This document shows positions 40,600 to 52,828 of a stretch of DNA of 64,000 nucleotides, piece by piece. The notes beneath the pieces are model-generated. The model worked only from the letters and a program-made list of their open reading frames with translations, was not told the origin of the DNA and ran no database searches. The stretch comes from Octopus bimaculoides (Eukaryota). Both the position numbers and the translations under genes were made by a program. The stretch lies in contig NC_068988.1 of assembly GCF_001194135.2 (NCBI RefSeq), forward strand, positions 84,504,744-84,568,743, read 5' to 3'. How positions within the stretch are numbered: the stretch's first letter is position 1; each line of letters begins with the position of its first letter.

Positions 40600-40874
40600 A
40601 TCACTCATCAATATTTAGATGTCTGCAGAACCTTTTCAAGAGGTCAGTGAACTGTCAGAGAATGAGATGATCAAGAACGTAACTGTGATTCTCAGGGATA
40701 ACTACCTAATAGAGGAAACAATGGTGTTTCTTTTTGTAATAATGGAAACATTGACATAGCAGATCTGTCATGAAGGTCATGTGTTTCAGTTCAATCAACC
40801 ACCTGCTGTCAACTGAGATGAGGGAGGCAACAGGAGGTGGTATATTGGGTTTTGCCTTGATAATAACAAGGGCA

Positions 40875-41259
40875 GTGGAGGCGCAATGGCCCAGTGGTTA
40901 GGGCAGTGGACTCGCGGTCATAAGATCGCGGTTTCGATTCCCAGACGGGGGCGTTGTGAGTGTTTATTGAGCGAAAACACCTAAAAGCTCCACGAGGCTC
41001 CGGCAGGGGATGGTGGCGAACCCTGCTGTACTCTTTCACCACAACTTTCTCTCACTCTTACTTCCTGTTTCTGTTGTGCCTGTAATTCAAAGGGTCAGCC
41101 TTGTCACACTGTGTCACGCTGAACATCCCCAAGAACTACGTTAAGGGTACACGTGTCTGTGGAGTGCTCAGCCACTTGCACATTAATTTCACAAGCAGGC
41201 TGTTCCGTTGATCGGATCAACTGGAACCCTTGACGTCGTAAGCGACGGAGTGCCAACAA
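40875..41259 (+). mobile_element. Young full-length tRNA-derived SINE (third family, CpG-rich) with 10-bp TSD
   Basis: A-box TGGCCCAGTGG, B-box GGTTTCGATTCCC; flanked by direct repeat AACAAGGGCA at 40865-40874 and 41260-41269. Confidence 0.88.
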
Positions 41260-44200
41260 AACAAGGGCAAAACTTTGTGGATGGAACACCTGATCCACAG
41301 AGTTAAAATTTTGTAGTGATTATCTAGTACTAATGATATCCAGGATAACTACAGAGTAGCAGATTGTGCCAAATTTCACCTGGGGGAAGCTGTGTTTTGT
41401 TTTAAATAACACCTTTGAAATCAAAGTTATGTTTCCTGAAATATGCTAATTAAGTTTTGATCCAAAAATATATTAGCTGGTAATTGCACTTTTAAAGTTT
41501 TCCAATTCTGTTTATGATTTTATCTATCATAAAATAACCCCAGGAAAACATTTTAGGAGAAGGTCTTTGCACAAAACAGAACTGAATATATGACAAAAAC
41601 TCCAGAAATCTACCTTGACAACAAAAGTTGAAGTATAAGTGACACAAAAAGGATACTGTGCACTTTTTTTTTGTGAAGCCTTAATGAAAAGAAAAAAAAA
41701 CCCCAAAATCGATATCTATATAATTCCACTAGTAAGACAGCTACTGTACTTCATTTATTGAGATAGTGGGCTCAAGCTTCACCCAATATGTATTTTTATC
41801 TAATCTGAAAACAAAAATGTAGTACAGTATGACAGTTTGTTAAACTTTACTAATATAGTCATACAGTAGCAGAAAAGTATAATGTCTCTGATTTCATTTT
41901 ATAGAGTTCAGACTATTTACTTTTTGAGGTAAAGAAAAAAAAAAAAAATAATAGATAACAACTCTCTAGTTAGGTGACAAGTGTGTGTAACAAACAAGTT
42001 TTCAGAGATGTTCTCTCACCTAAGACGGCGCCGTCAGTACTATGAATGTCCATTTTATGCCATCTCAGAAAGTAAAAGCTTCAGAAAAAATACAATTTGA
42101 AAAGAAATTATGTATCTCATGACTTTCTGTAAACTTCCAACAATTTTAGCTTTTAAAATAACCATGTAATTTTCATAGTACTGCTAGTACAATACTAATA
42201 TTGTAGTTGGGACTCCTAAATATTTAGGTTGGATAAAATTACTTCAAGCATAAAATGGGACTAGCAAAGCATGCAACAACAGACTAAGTAACTGCTGTCC
42301 TTGATAATTAACATGCCACAGAAGTTGATTGTGAGAGGAAGGAGTGAAACTTAACAAGGTAAGTATGGTGCAAAAATATTCAGTCTTGGGATAGGCCTGG
42401 AGTGTTGGGAGTAAAGAAATTTGTATTGAATAATAGCTAGACACTTTGATGTAAATGAGACTACAAAACAAATGATGGCAAATATGTATTGTAAATTTTA
42501 CTTCTCCCATCTCCATGTGAAGTATTTACACAAGGTAACGTAATGGGAATATTTAATCCATTAGAGAGAATACTTGGTCAAAATCCTTTTTTTCATTGAG
42601 GCAAGGACAAAATTTAATCACCTGTACTGAGGATATTTTTTTTCACTAATTTATTTCATATTAGAAACAAGTGCCCTAGATTTTCTCTTTCATATTGAAA
42701 GTTTTTGTTGTGAGTGCTGTGATATTTTTTTAATAATCTTCCAGTTTTATTTAAATTGTATTCCCCACCACTAAACTAAGTACAAGCTGACTAAATAAAC
42801 TTTTTTTTCTTTTTACTTAAAGTGGTTTTTGGTTATCTTTAAAGCATTAAATGTTTTGAGGTATATTTATATCAAATGAGTGTAGGAAAGCAAATGGATT
42901 TCAATGCTAATAATAGATAATTACAACAGATGATTATACTCTCAGTCCCTATACCTAGCTTCAATTAATGAAGGCCAGTTGTACAAATTAAAGGGGCTAT
43001 TATTTAGCTATTTAGTTAGAAAGTTAATCTATGGAAGAGCAGTGTATAGATACACTTAAAACTACATACACAAGTATTTGTCACCGTTTCGCAGAGCACT
43101 TTTCATTCCAAAGCTTCAACACATCTATTTTGGGTGAATGAATTAAGACCGCTGCGATACACAGATATTGTTTTGAGCTAAGTAGGGGTGCTAGATTCCC
43201 TTGTTCGAAAATATAAGGACACAGATCGTGTCGTATAGCCAGCTGGAGACAATGTCTCCTGGGGCTAAATTACAGCAACATTAGTCCTAAACCAGGACTG
43301 CCATGTTATGTTGGCAAACAATCTTTACTATTTAGAGACACGATTGAAAGTTTCCAACTGCTGAAGTGACTCTTTGAGTCAGCTTCTGATGTTACATTGA
43401 TTTAAGTGCAGTTATGTATGTATGTATGGATGGATGGATGCATGCATGCAATCTTTGGTAAATGCTGCCTAATAATGGTTTCATAATCTTCATTATATTT
43501 TCATATTATTCTATGCACATGGTATCGCCCTATCATCCTGGTGCTCAGCTGGTACATTCCACAGTTTTCTGTATGTTGTGGAGAGGAAAATAAGAAGTGC
43601 TTTTCTCATAATAATATCTTAACATTTTGACATTTGAGTTTGTTTGTGCAGTGAAGCTTCTAGTTTTTACAAAGTCACCTGTGCCACTGTGTGACTTTTT
43701 TATATGATGATCTTCTGATGCTGTAGAACACAAAACATGTACAGTTGTGGCAGGGAACAGAAAATTTCCTTTTTCTAAAGCTTTCATTTCCCTTTTAAAA
43801 TTCTCTGAATCTTGAAACAATATACAAAAACTAATTAAATGCTGAATTACAATATTTTATTTTTATCAAATAGATAGCAGAAAGAAATCTGATTCTTTCA
43901 GGTTTTCTGAGTGGGATGGCACCTTATAGGACAGTATATTGTTGCAGAGGTGAAAATGTGTCCACTTCAATAACTTCTTATAAATTAAACATTCATTCTG
44001 CAAGTATATCAACAATATACTTTTATTTCCAAATTTGTTTCAACTGTGCAAAGTTTTCATAAATTTCCACAAAGTTTGGAGCAAATCTACATTTATCTTT
44101 AAAATGGGAATCTAGAAAATAAATACATACAGAAGAGCATCAATTAAAATGAAAATATTATAAATAATCATTTAAGAACTTTAAACTTTTTGTGCACACG

Positions 44201-44320
44201 AAGGAGTTATACTGACTAAATGCATGTGTCACATACTCTAGCTCCTTTTCAGTTTTGTCAAACTTGTTCTAAAAAATGCACAGTTATTAAATATAGAAAT
44301 TAGGAATAGTTATATATAAT

Positions 44321-45106
44321 AACTAGAAAAGCACTTAGAGAGCGCAGACCTTTGCCGAGCAGCTCATTTCCACCCATAAACACGCATGCTGAAAATCGCC
44401 CAATTTCCTAAACCAATGCTAGCAAAAACATAACCACCTTGGCGGAGGTAAAAAAAAATAACACAGCCATATGATTTTAAGAAAAAAAAAAACCTTTAAA
44501 AACAGGAATCATCTGAAGCAGTTCACATCATCAGCATCATCAGCAGCATCGTCATTGCTTCCACTTCAACCACATACACCGCCATTAATGTTATCGTGAC
44601 GGTTACCTTAAGTCACTTTCACCACCACAACCAGGTTAACCACTGCAATACCACCATCACACAACTAACACTATCATCAACACCACTATTACCACTATCA
44701 CCTCAGCATCACACATCACACCGCTCCTGTCGTCATTATAACCATCAATATTATTTTATCCTCCTCCCATATTTATCTCAGCCATCGTCATCATCAACGC
44801 TGTCTCTAAACAGCAATGCCACCATAGGTTACGTGGAAACGATGTGTTTTCAAGAGAGATAATCAAAGAACGTAACATTATAATACTTCATGTAAAGTGA
44901 ATATGACAAATGAAAAATCCTTCAAGAATCCATAAAAATTCATGGATCACTACCAAAATTTCATCATTTGTTCCTTATGTCATTACCAACTTTTCCTACA
45001 AGTTTTATCAAATACCGTTCACAACTTTTTGCATTATTTTGCACACAGACAGACAGATGGATAAACCAACAGTAATGAGAACATAACCTCTTTCCTTGGC
45101 AGAGGT
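44321..45106 (+). mobile_element. Helentron-associated (HINE/DINE-like) non-autonomous element with two 3' termini
   Basis: T|AACTAGAAAAGCACTTAGAGAGCGCAGACCTTTGCCGAG start. The subterminal repeat ACCTTTGCCGAG is inverted relative to CTTGGCGGAGGT (44438-44449) and CTTGGCAGAGGT (45095-45106), each within a short palindrome. Family assignment is from memory of similar aquatic-animal elements. Confidence 0.55.
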
Positions 45107-45249
45107 AAATATATAATTGTATACAGAATCTGACTGTTTACAAAAATCACTCATCATCAAATTGCAAATCACGGGGGTATAAGTTTTGTCTTTTAAGCCA
45201 GATTATTTTAAAATATCCTTTAAAAAACACACTCGGGACAAAGATCTGT

Positions 45250-45800
45250 TTGAAAACGAAGAGAAACCTGTGTTCTCCGTCTCAACAAATACTTCAACTG
45301 TGGCTTTTTGTGAGAAGAGCAAATGCTTTGTTGATGTTTTCTAGCTCAACAACAGGTGCTGTTGGGGTTGATCTGGTTTGCTCAAGTGCTGGTGACAAAG
45401 TGAATTCTGTGTATGGTTCTTGGACTTTGAATTGGGAATTCTTGGCAGATTGAGCCAGCATCAGCTCTTGCAACAAAATGGATGGCATGAGTATTTGGGA
45501 TTGCCCTGCAATCAGTCCATCTTTGCTCCAACTTCTCTGAGTGGCTGTTGATAGAGAATTGTGGAACAAAAAGTGTATGAATTTTTTGCACACTTTCTTG
45601 GTCATACAATAGAACTCTTTTGTGCATTTGTCACAACCTCTTTATTTTTCAAAACAGATAGTGTATTTTGGAGACCTGGGTTAACTGCTTAGCTTCATTG
45701 ATAATGGCTGTGTTGAAAGCATAGACACTGCACTTTTCGTGCTTCATTTCATCAGAAACAACTACATATGATGTATGCTCATTTTTCCCCTTTTCATAAA
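45250..45800 (-). pseudogene. Decayed transposase-like coding remnant (unclassified invertebrate DNA transposon)
   Basis: Minus strand TSYVVVSDEMKHEKCSVYAFNTAIINEAK..VSKIHY and EKLEQRWTDCRAIPNTHAIHFV resemble a widespread putative DDE family (..ISD.L.HD...V..F; L..RF....TIPGT...H.F). The catalytic middle appears deleted. Confidence 0.4.
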
Positions 45801-45999
45801 CTATGACTATTATGCAAAAAATTAATAAGAATTTTTTTCCAAATAAACAAACTTTATTTTTGATTTTTGTGTGAAAAATTCTATGGAATGGCCCAGCTAT
45901 CATAGGGGAAACAATGCTTTGTAGATTAGTTAAGTTATGGTGGATTTGGCAATTTGAAATTTAAATCTATGGTTTTTTATGATAGGTTATAACCTCAAC

Positions 46000-48705
46000 A
46001 ATGTTTTGCAAACAACTTGCACATGCAAGTGCTACAAGTCGAAAGCTCCACATACTGGAAGCCAGCAAGTGTATGGGATCATCAGGAGAGAATACGTGCC
46101 ATTTTGGGGCTTACCTGTCAACGGCATCATTGTGTCCCCCCCCCNNNNNNNNNNCGCTCATCTCTTTTAAACCGAATTCAGTGGCTAGCCTTTTCCAGTG
46201 TAGTTTGGATATTGGTCATGGTGGTATTTACTTTATGATGAGTTAGGCCTAATGATAAAAACAGTCACATCACACTGTGTCCAACAAATCCTCTACATCT
46301 GACTTTGATTGGAAAATGCTCTGCTTTCCAGCCTGTGTCTTGACATTCCTGGAGGAGGTTTACATAATGGTCAATCTTACGAGCATGAGTGGCGTCTATG
46401 ATATCTTTGTGAGGAACTGCTAACCCGACTAGATTCACCACTTCCTTTCTTTCACACCATAGTAAAATGTCCGGCTTTTTTCATAACTGGGATGAGAAAG
46501 AGTCCCCGGCACCCCGGTAAACCTGCAGTCACCTCCCAATAGCCATTCCACTTTTCATCACTCACAGGAAGTTTCTTCTTCTTGAAATGGATCTGCTGTC
46601 CTGAGTGCATGAAGGTAATGAAATCTCTAGTTTATACTTTCAACGGTTTGTTTCCATTGTTGATGAGATCAGTTTGGTTCTTTATAGCATTGAAGATAAC
46701 CTTAAGGACTAGGTTGTGTCTCTATGTATATCTATTCAAAGCTAGTGAACAGTTGGAAAGAATATGTTTCAGTGTTCTGACCTTTCCGCATTTGCATATA
46801 TCATTCTCTGAGACATTCCATCTTACTAGATTTGCAGGTGATTGCAAGACATCATAGGATGAATGAATCAGAAAACTTAGCTGAGATGTGGTCCACCTCC
46901 ATATCTCATTCCAACTTATTTTTCTCTCAACAATATGTTCCTCCTATCTTGTCATCTGTCCTTGTTCAGTGCATTGGATCAAATGAAGCTCTCTTCTCTT
47001 TGCTTCCCTTGTTTTGACGCTGTTGCTAACAACAGATCTGCGTTTGCTCAACATCATACTTGCAAACAGTCTAAACCGATCTGCAACAAAACCAAATCTT
47101 TTCCGATGAATTTGCATTGCACCCACCATATCTCCGTGTGTAAGTGAAGACAGAATGTTATCCGTCTCTACTTCTGCTTTCCACTTCCTGGCTGTATTTA
47201 CATCTGGTGGATTATGCCTGTTTCCATGTCCTTTGACTCTCTCAGCATCATCACTGTTCGTACCTTCCCTAGTTTATAAATTTTGATTATCAACACCAGT
47301 GATAACTGCAATGAGGCTCTTTTACAATAGAGAGCTGAACTGTTCAATATCCGAGGTAGGCCTAGCCACTTTCTAATGAACATATTACATTTTCGTTCAG
47401 TGATTTGAACATGTGACAATGCTACCTCATATATTAAAAGTGGCTACAAAAGTCGCGTGTACAAGCCAAACTGTAAGCACCAAATTTTATATTTACCTGG
47501 TAGCTTTGAGTTATCAATTGCTGATAATCCAACCTTGGCTGGTTTCATAATTTACATCCCACGACTCCTATCGGACAATATTCCAGCATATACTTGCCCC
47601 AAGCTCATGACTGTTTTTCCTTGACTGTTGGAATGGTTTCTTCAGCTATTTGAAATTTAACTTCTTTTTGCACACCCTTAATAAATGTCAGACTACGCAA
47701 CTTTTTTGCTCTAAATCACATCCTTGACCACTTCACAATCTCATCTAGTCTCAAAAGGGCACTCTGCATGACTTGCTTGTCTGTTGATAGAAGTGTCACA
47801 TCATCCATGAAAGCCTTCTTAGGCGATTGTACATGGGCGATTTGTTCTGAAAAATCCATGGCTTTCAAAATCATCTCCATGACTAAGATAAACCATGTGA
47901 CAGACATTGTGCCACCAGCAATGATGTCAATCTCCAATCAGTACCAATCTGTTGTAAAATTTCCAGCTGTAAACCTCATCTCGAAACTGTCATGATATAT
48001 CCTCATTAGTCTGATTACTTTATCTGGAATGTGGAAGTGGTCCATGGCTCTCATCAGTAATTGATGTGGCACTGAGCCATATGCATTAGCTAGGTCAAGC
48101 TATACCACGCACAGATTTGTCTTGTTCTGTTTGGCATCCTGGATCGCTTTCCAAATTGAAAAACAGTGTTCAACACATCAAGAGATCCCAGCCTTTTGAA
48201 GAGATTCATCATCATATCCATTACTCTGTAAATATTTTACTGTTCTCCTTGAGAGAATTCCCATAAAGATCTTGCTTTCCACATTCAATAAGGATACTGG
48301 CCTAAACTGTTTTATAGTCTCTGCATTGGCCTCCTTCGGCAGGTATATGCCTTCTGCCTTACACCAATCCTCTACTAGAGTCTCTTCATACCACAGCTGT
48401 CTGAGTAGGACAAAGAGCTTCTTTCACAGATGATTGCAATATTTGTATACTTTATACGAGACACCATCACCTCATAGGGCACTCTTTGCTCTAGCTTTTC
48501 TCAGGAAATCATTCACCTCTTTCTCCCTGATGTCCCCAATTTGAAATTCGGGATCAGGTTCTATGAGATGCTTTCGCCCATTTAGAGGTGGCAGTGGCTG
48601 GTTACAGTCTGGATTGCTGTAGGTTTCTTTGATATGAGCATCTAATTCTTCTTTTGTGCATGATAAAGTGCCACTCTTCGGTTCAGTGAACAGCTTCTTA
48701 GTAAA
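46000..48705 (-). mobile_element. HERO-like non-LTR retrotransposon (RT, CCHC zinc knuckle, restriction-like endonuclease), 5'-truncated and inactivated
   Basis: Minus strand KKLFTEPKSGTL..KEELDAHIKETYS, FRPVSLLNVESKIF, GCVEH, LDLANAYGSVPH, KAFMDDVTLL, RKWLGLPR, CKCGKVRTLKHILSNC...RHN and KPDILLW...AVP...RK...Y...GWK...IKVRCRGFVG, with several stops and frameshifts. Confidence 0.85.
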
Positions 48706-49060
48706 AAACATCTGTTCTACCATGGGAAAATATTACCTTGTGCTGAAACAGTTGAAGCTTTGCAATAGGAAGAGCATCCAACCATAGAAGATATGATAGA
48801 TTGTAACCTCAACGAGAAAAAACCCATTGTTGTATTTTGCTCATCTTGTATCTGTTTGCTAGTGCTTTAGCATGGCCTTAACTACGATCTCTAAAACTAT
48901 AACAGCAAAAAATTGATAAGGAAATTGAAGGAACTTCTTTTTATCATTTTACACATTCCTGTTGGAGTAGGAGTGAAATAGATAAGCAGATGTGGTATTG
49001 GAATTCAGAAGATGTTTTCTTGTTTAAGTAACAGGTTTTATTCAACAATTTATTCTAATT

Positions 49061-49458
49061 GGTGTAGACATGGTTGTGTAATTAAGTTTATTTCTCATAT
49101 ACATGGTTCTGGGTTCACTATCACTGCAGGGCACCTTTGACAAGTGTCTTCTACTATAGCCCTGAGTTGACCGAAGCTTGTTGTATATGTATGTGTTGCT
49201 GTGTGTTTGTGTCACCTTGTTTTGACTCCATGGGATAGTTATAAATGAATGTTGCCATCATACAAATGGAGTCTCTGGTTTTCAGTTTTCTGTAAAAAAA
49301 ATCTGTTCTGCCATGGGGAAATATTACCTTGTGTTGAAATAGGTGAAGCTTTGCAATAGGAAGGGCATCCAACCATAGAAAATCTGCCTCAGTATATTCT
49401 GTCTGACCTCTGCAAGCATGGAAAAGTAGACATTAAAACAATGATGATGATGATAATG
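49061..49458 (+). mobile_element. CORE-like SINE ending in RTE-homologous 3' tail with (ATG)n
   Basis: tRNA/CORE head, then AGGAAGGGCATCCAACCATAGAAAATCTGCC...GCATGGAAAAGTAGACATTAAAACAATGATGATG, matching the RTE 3' end AGGAAGGGCATCCAGCTGTAGAAACTCTGCC...GCATGGAAAGCGGACGTTAAACGATG. Confidence 0.75.
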
Positions 49459-50474
49459 TCTCTACTTGTAATAAACAGGTGTGATGTCACCTGTGAAGAC
49501 TAGGATGACGATTTAAAAAAAAAATACTAGTTGGCAGAAGAGTAGTTTGTGCTTACTATGACAATGGAAAGTTAGTGAATTTATCTAATTGATCCATATA
49601 ATTTCATTTAAACTCATTTTTGTTAAAGATATAAATGTCATATAGCTCATGGTTCTGGGTTTGATTATGCTGTGCAAACACTATGGACAGAGGACTTCTA
49701 TCATAGTCTTACATCTACTGATACTTAGCGAGTAGGATTGGGTAGACAGAGACTGTGTAGAAGTCTGTTTGTGCATGCATGTTTGTGTTTACAGTGGTGT
49801 TTATCTTGTGGCTCTTTAGGCTTTGTAACTTAGTGACTTGGCAAAAAGAGATGAATGACCTAAGTATCAACTGAAATAAGAGCTGATATCATTTGTGTAC
49901 AACGCTTGATAGCATTAATTACTGAATTCAGTAATTTAAAAAAAAATAATTTATCCTATTCAATTTTGAAAAAAGAATAGGATAAATTTATATTTACCAA
50001 AATTTGAGGGATAATCACAGTATGTAACATATGAGCCAATGAGGGAGTTTCTATTTAGTCACTTGGACCTGTTAGAAATATCAGTCAAATCTTGTTGAAA
50101 TTATGTCCCACCAATTTAAAAAGAAGAAAAAAAGAGAAAGAACACATTGGAAAAGATAGCCTTTAATATACAAAAAAGAATTACTGATCATGGCTAGAGT
50201 GCTCTTAATCAGGTCTACTCAAATAGCATTGATCATGGTTAAACATCAGGAATGAAACATAAGAGAGAGAGAGAGGGGGGTGGAAGTGACAACCGCCATA
50301 ATGTACATATGCTGACTGGACAATTTAGAACTGATTTATGGTGCATAGTTTTCTTTGATGCATTTGATAGTGTCCTTTGGTAAAAAAAGTTTGAATTTCA
50401 ATTTTATAAAAAAATTCTTTTGATGAGTTAATTAGAAGAGGCTAGGCAATGACCATATCCCACTCTGCCACATA

Positions 50475-50636
50475 TTTTAAGCATCTCAGTTTCTGTCTGC
50501 AAAGCTCCACTCACAAAACTTTGATTGGTCCAGGATTATAATAGAAGACACATACCCAAAGTACCTTGCAGTGGGACTGAGCCTGAAACAACATGATTGG
50601 GGAAACAAGCTTTTGAAGCAGATGCATATGTAGGTA

Positions 50637-50731
<95 letters not shown>
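50475..50731 (-). mobile_element. CORE-like SINE 5' half (50475-50625) followed by (TG)n (50639-50731)
   Basis: CAGTTTCTGTCTGCAAAGCTCCACTCAC...AGAAGACAC...CAGTGGGACTGAGCC; long perfect TG array. Confidence 0.7.
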
Positions 50732-50733
<2 letters not shown>

Positions 50734-51953
50734 ATGTTATGTTAAAGAAATATATGTTAATAAATGATATTCTTGTTTATTTCAGAACGAAATTGTACAG
50801 AGGGGAAATTTGGCTGGAGATGTTTGTCGCTTTGTAACTGCCGCCATAAAAGGTCATGTGATCCCCTGACAGGTGCTTGTCCAGATGGTTGTAAAAATAA
50901 CTTCTATGGCAAAAATTGTCTTTTAAGTAAGTAGATATATTCAACTGTTTACTGATGTAGTTTTGTGGTTGGATGTGTAAATGCAAGTTACTCTGATTAA
51001 TTTCAACTAAGCACATTTTATATTAACTGTAATATGTTTTGTGAAGGTTTATTATATCTCTTTTATGGTGCTATTTACAGCTTGATTGACTGTACTTATT
51101 TTTTGTACTTATTTACTTATATTTAGTTATTCTCTAACTAGAGACCTAACATAAATATCTACAACAAAATGGCTGCCACCAAGGCACCCAAGGGCCTTAT
51201 GATGGTATGAAACTAGAAAACACATTAAGTCTCTCAGAAATATTTGTGTGTATTAGTTTCAACAAAAGAAATTCTCGATTATCATAAAAATAAAAGTTTA
51301 AATGAATGTTTTTTTTATATATAAGGATAGTAGTTGAAAGTAAAAGTAAGTTAAAGTGAATTAGTTTTAGCCAGAGTACTTTATGGTCATTGATTGTTGT
51401 ATGGATTTGTCCTTACTATGAAAGGATGTACAAATATAATAAGGGGTTAAGTTTAGGTGGTTCTTAAACAACTTGTTTTTATGTGGCTGGGATAAACAAA
51501 CGCTTACTTGCTCACTCACTCATGCACGCATACACTGAGTTGTGCACACAAAGAGTGGCACTTACAGAGCCAGAACTGCAACACAAAGATATGATTACCC
51601 ACGTATAGAAACCACATAGGGTACCACCTTTTACTATTGCTACAGCCCTCTTTCTGTAGTTGGTTTTTGGTGAATGAGGGTATTTGGGACTGCAATCTTC
51701 AGTTGCACGTTGTTGTCATGACATTGGTTTATCTGGGATCTCAGTAGAATATCCAAAGCTTTCTTGAATACATTTATATTCATTCTATGTAGATTTCAAA
51801 TTCTGGTCCTAAATTATTTGGGGAATGTCAGGCAGAATTCAGTTTGGTGGATTTTATAGCTCTCAATACTGAAACTTGATCCTAGCCTTTCCAGGATCTG
51901 GTCACAACTTTGGGCTGGAACCAATAAAAGATACATACATATATATATATATA

Positions 51954-52828
51954 TGAGGAGGTACCTAAAAGTAACCAGAAATGTTCTCCGTGGGACAAGC
52001 CCATTGTAGATTGGGCTCCCACTGCTAGAGACCACTTGATACAATCCTCAGGCATCAGTCTATTGACCAGAGCTGTCGAGTGAGGTCGTACTACTACATG
52101 GTGTGTTTTGTTTTGCGGCGCTTCTCCTGTTTGTTGATTTTTGCAATGGCTGAAACAAAGAAACAGTGTACTTCCATGAAATTCTCTTTTCTGCTGGGGA
52201 AAACAGCAGCTGAAATAGTTGTCATGCTTCAAACAGCTTATAAGAATGCTACCATGAACAAAATACAAGTTTACAAGTGATTTTCACACTTTAGGAATGG
52301 TCACTTGTTGCTTGAAGACCAACTTCATTCAAGGCGACTGTTGACCTCCCGAACAAATGAAAACATCACAAAAATTTATGAACTGATTTTGGAGGACAGT
52401 CACGGAACAACTGATGAACTTGTTGATATGACTGGTGTGTGCTGAAGATCCTATGAATGAATTCTGAGCAAGGAATTGTGAATGAAAAGAGTTGCAGCAA
52501 AATTTGTGCCTCACTTGCTCACGGAAGATCAAAAGCAGTCTTGACTGCATGTCATGAACTGAAAGAACAGTTTCGACAGTCATCACTGGTGATGAAAGCT
52601 GGTGCTATGGAATTTGCAGGATAACAACGATGACGATGATGATGATGAAAAAGCTGAAGAAAAAAATGATGGAGGCTTTAAAGAGCATTACTTCACAAGA
52701 GTTCCAGCACTGGACTGAAGCAGTGCTTCAAATGGAGGATACTTTGAAGACAATAAAAGTGTAAATCTGTAAAACTAATTGAATAAAATAATACGGCAAA
52801 TTTATGGTTTCTTTTTGGTACCCCACGG
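51954..52828 (+). mobile_element. Internally deleted Tc1/mariner element with degenerate TIRs
   Basis: TA-flanked ends TGAGGAGGTACCTAAAAGTAACC and GGTTTCTTTTTGGTACCCCACGG (18/25 match including TA). Internal MAETKKQCTSMKFSFLLGKTAAE (ATG 52146), KRVAAKFVPHLLTEDQK, VITGDESWCYG, then a deletion before NGGYFEDNK. Confidence 0.85.

Noticed and set aside
40877-40950. tRNA-like sequence
   Set aside because: It is the head of a SINE with a long body and TSD; no complete cloverleaf or acceptor stem is evident.
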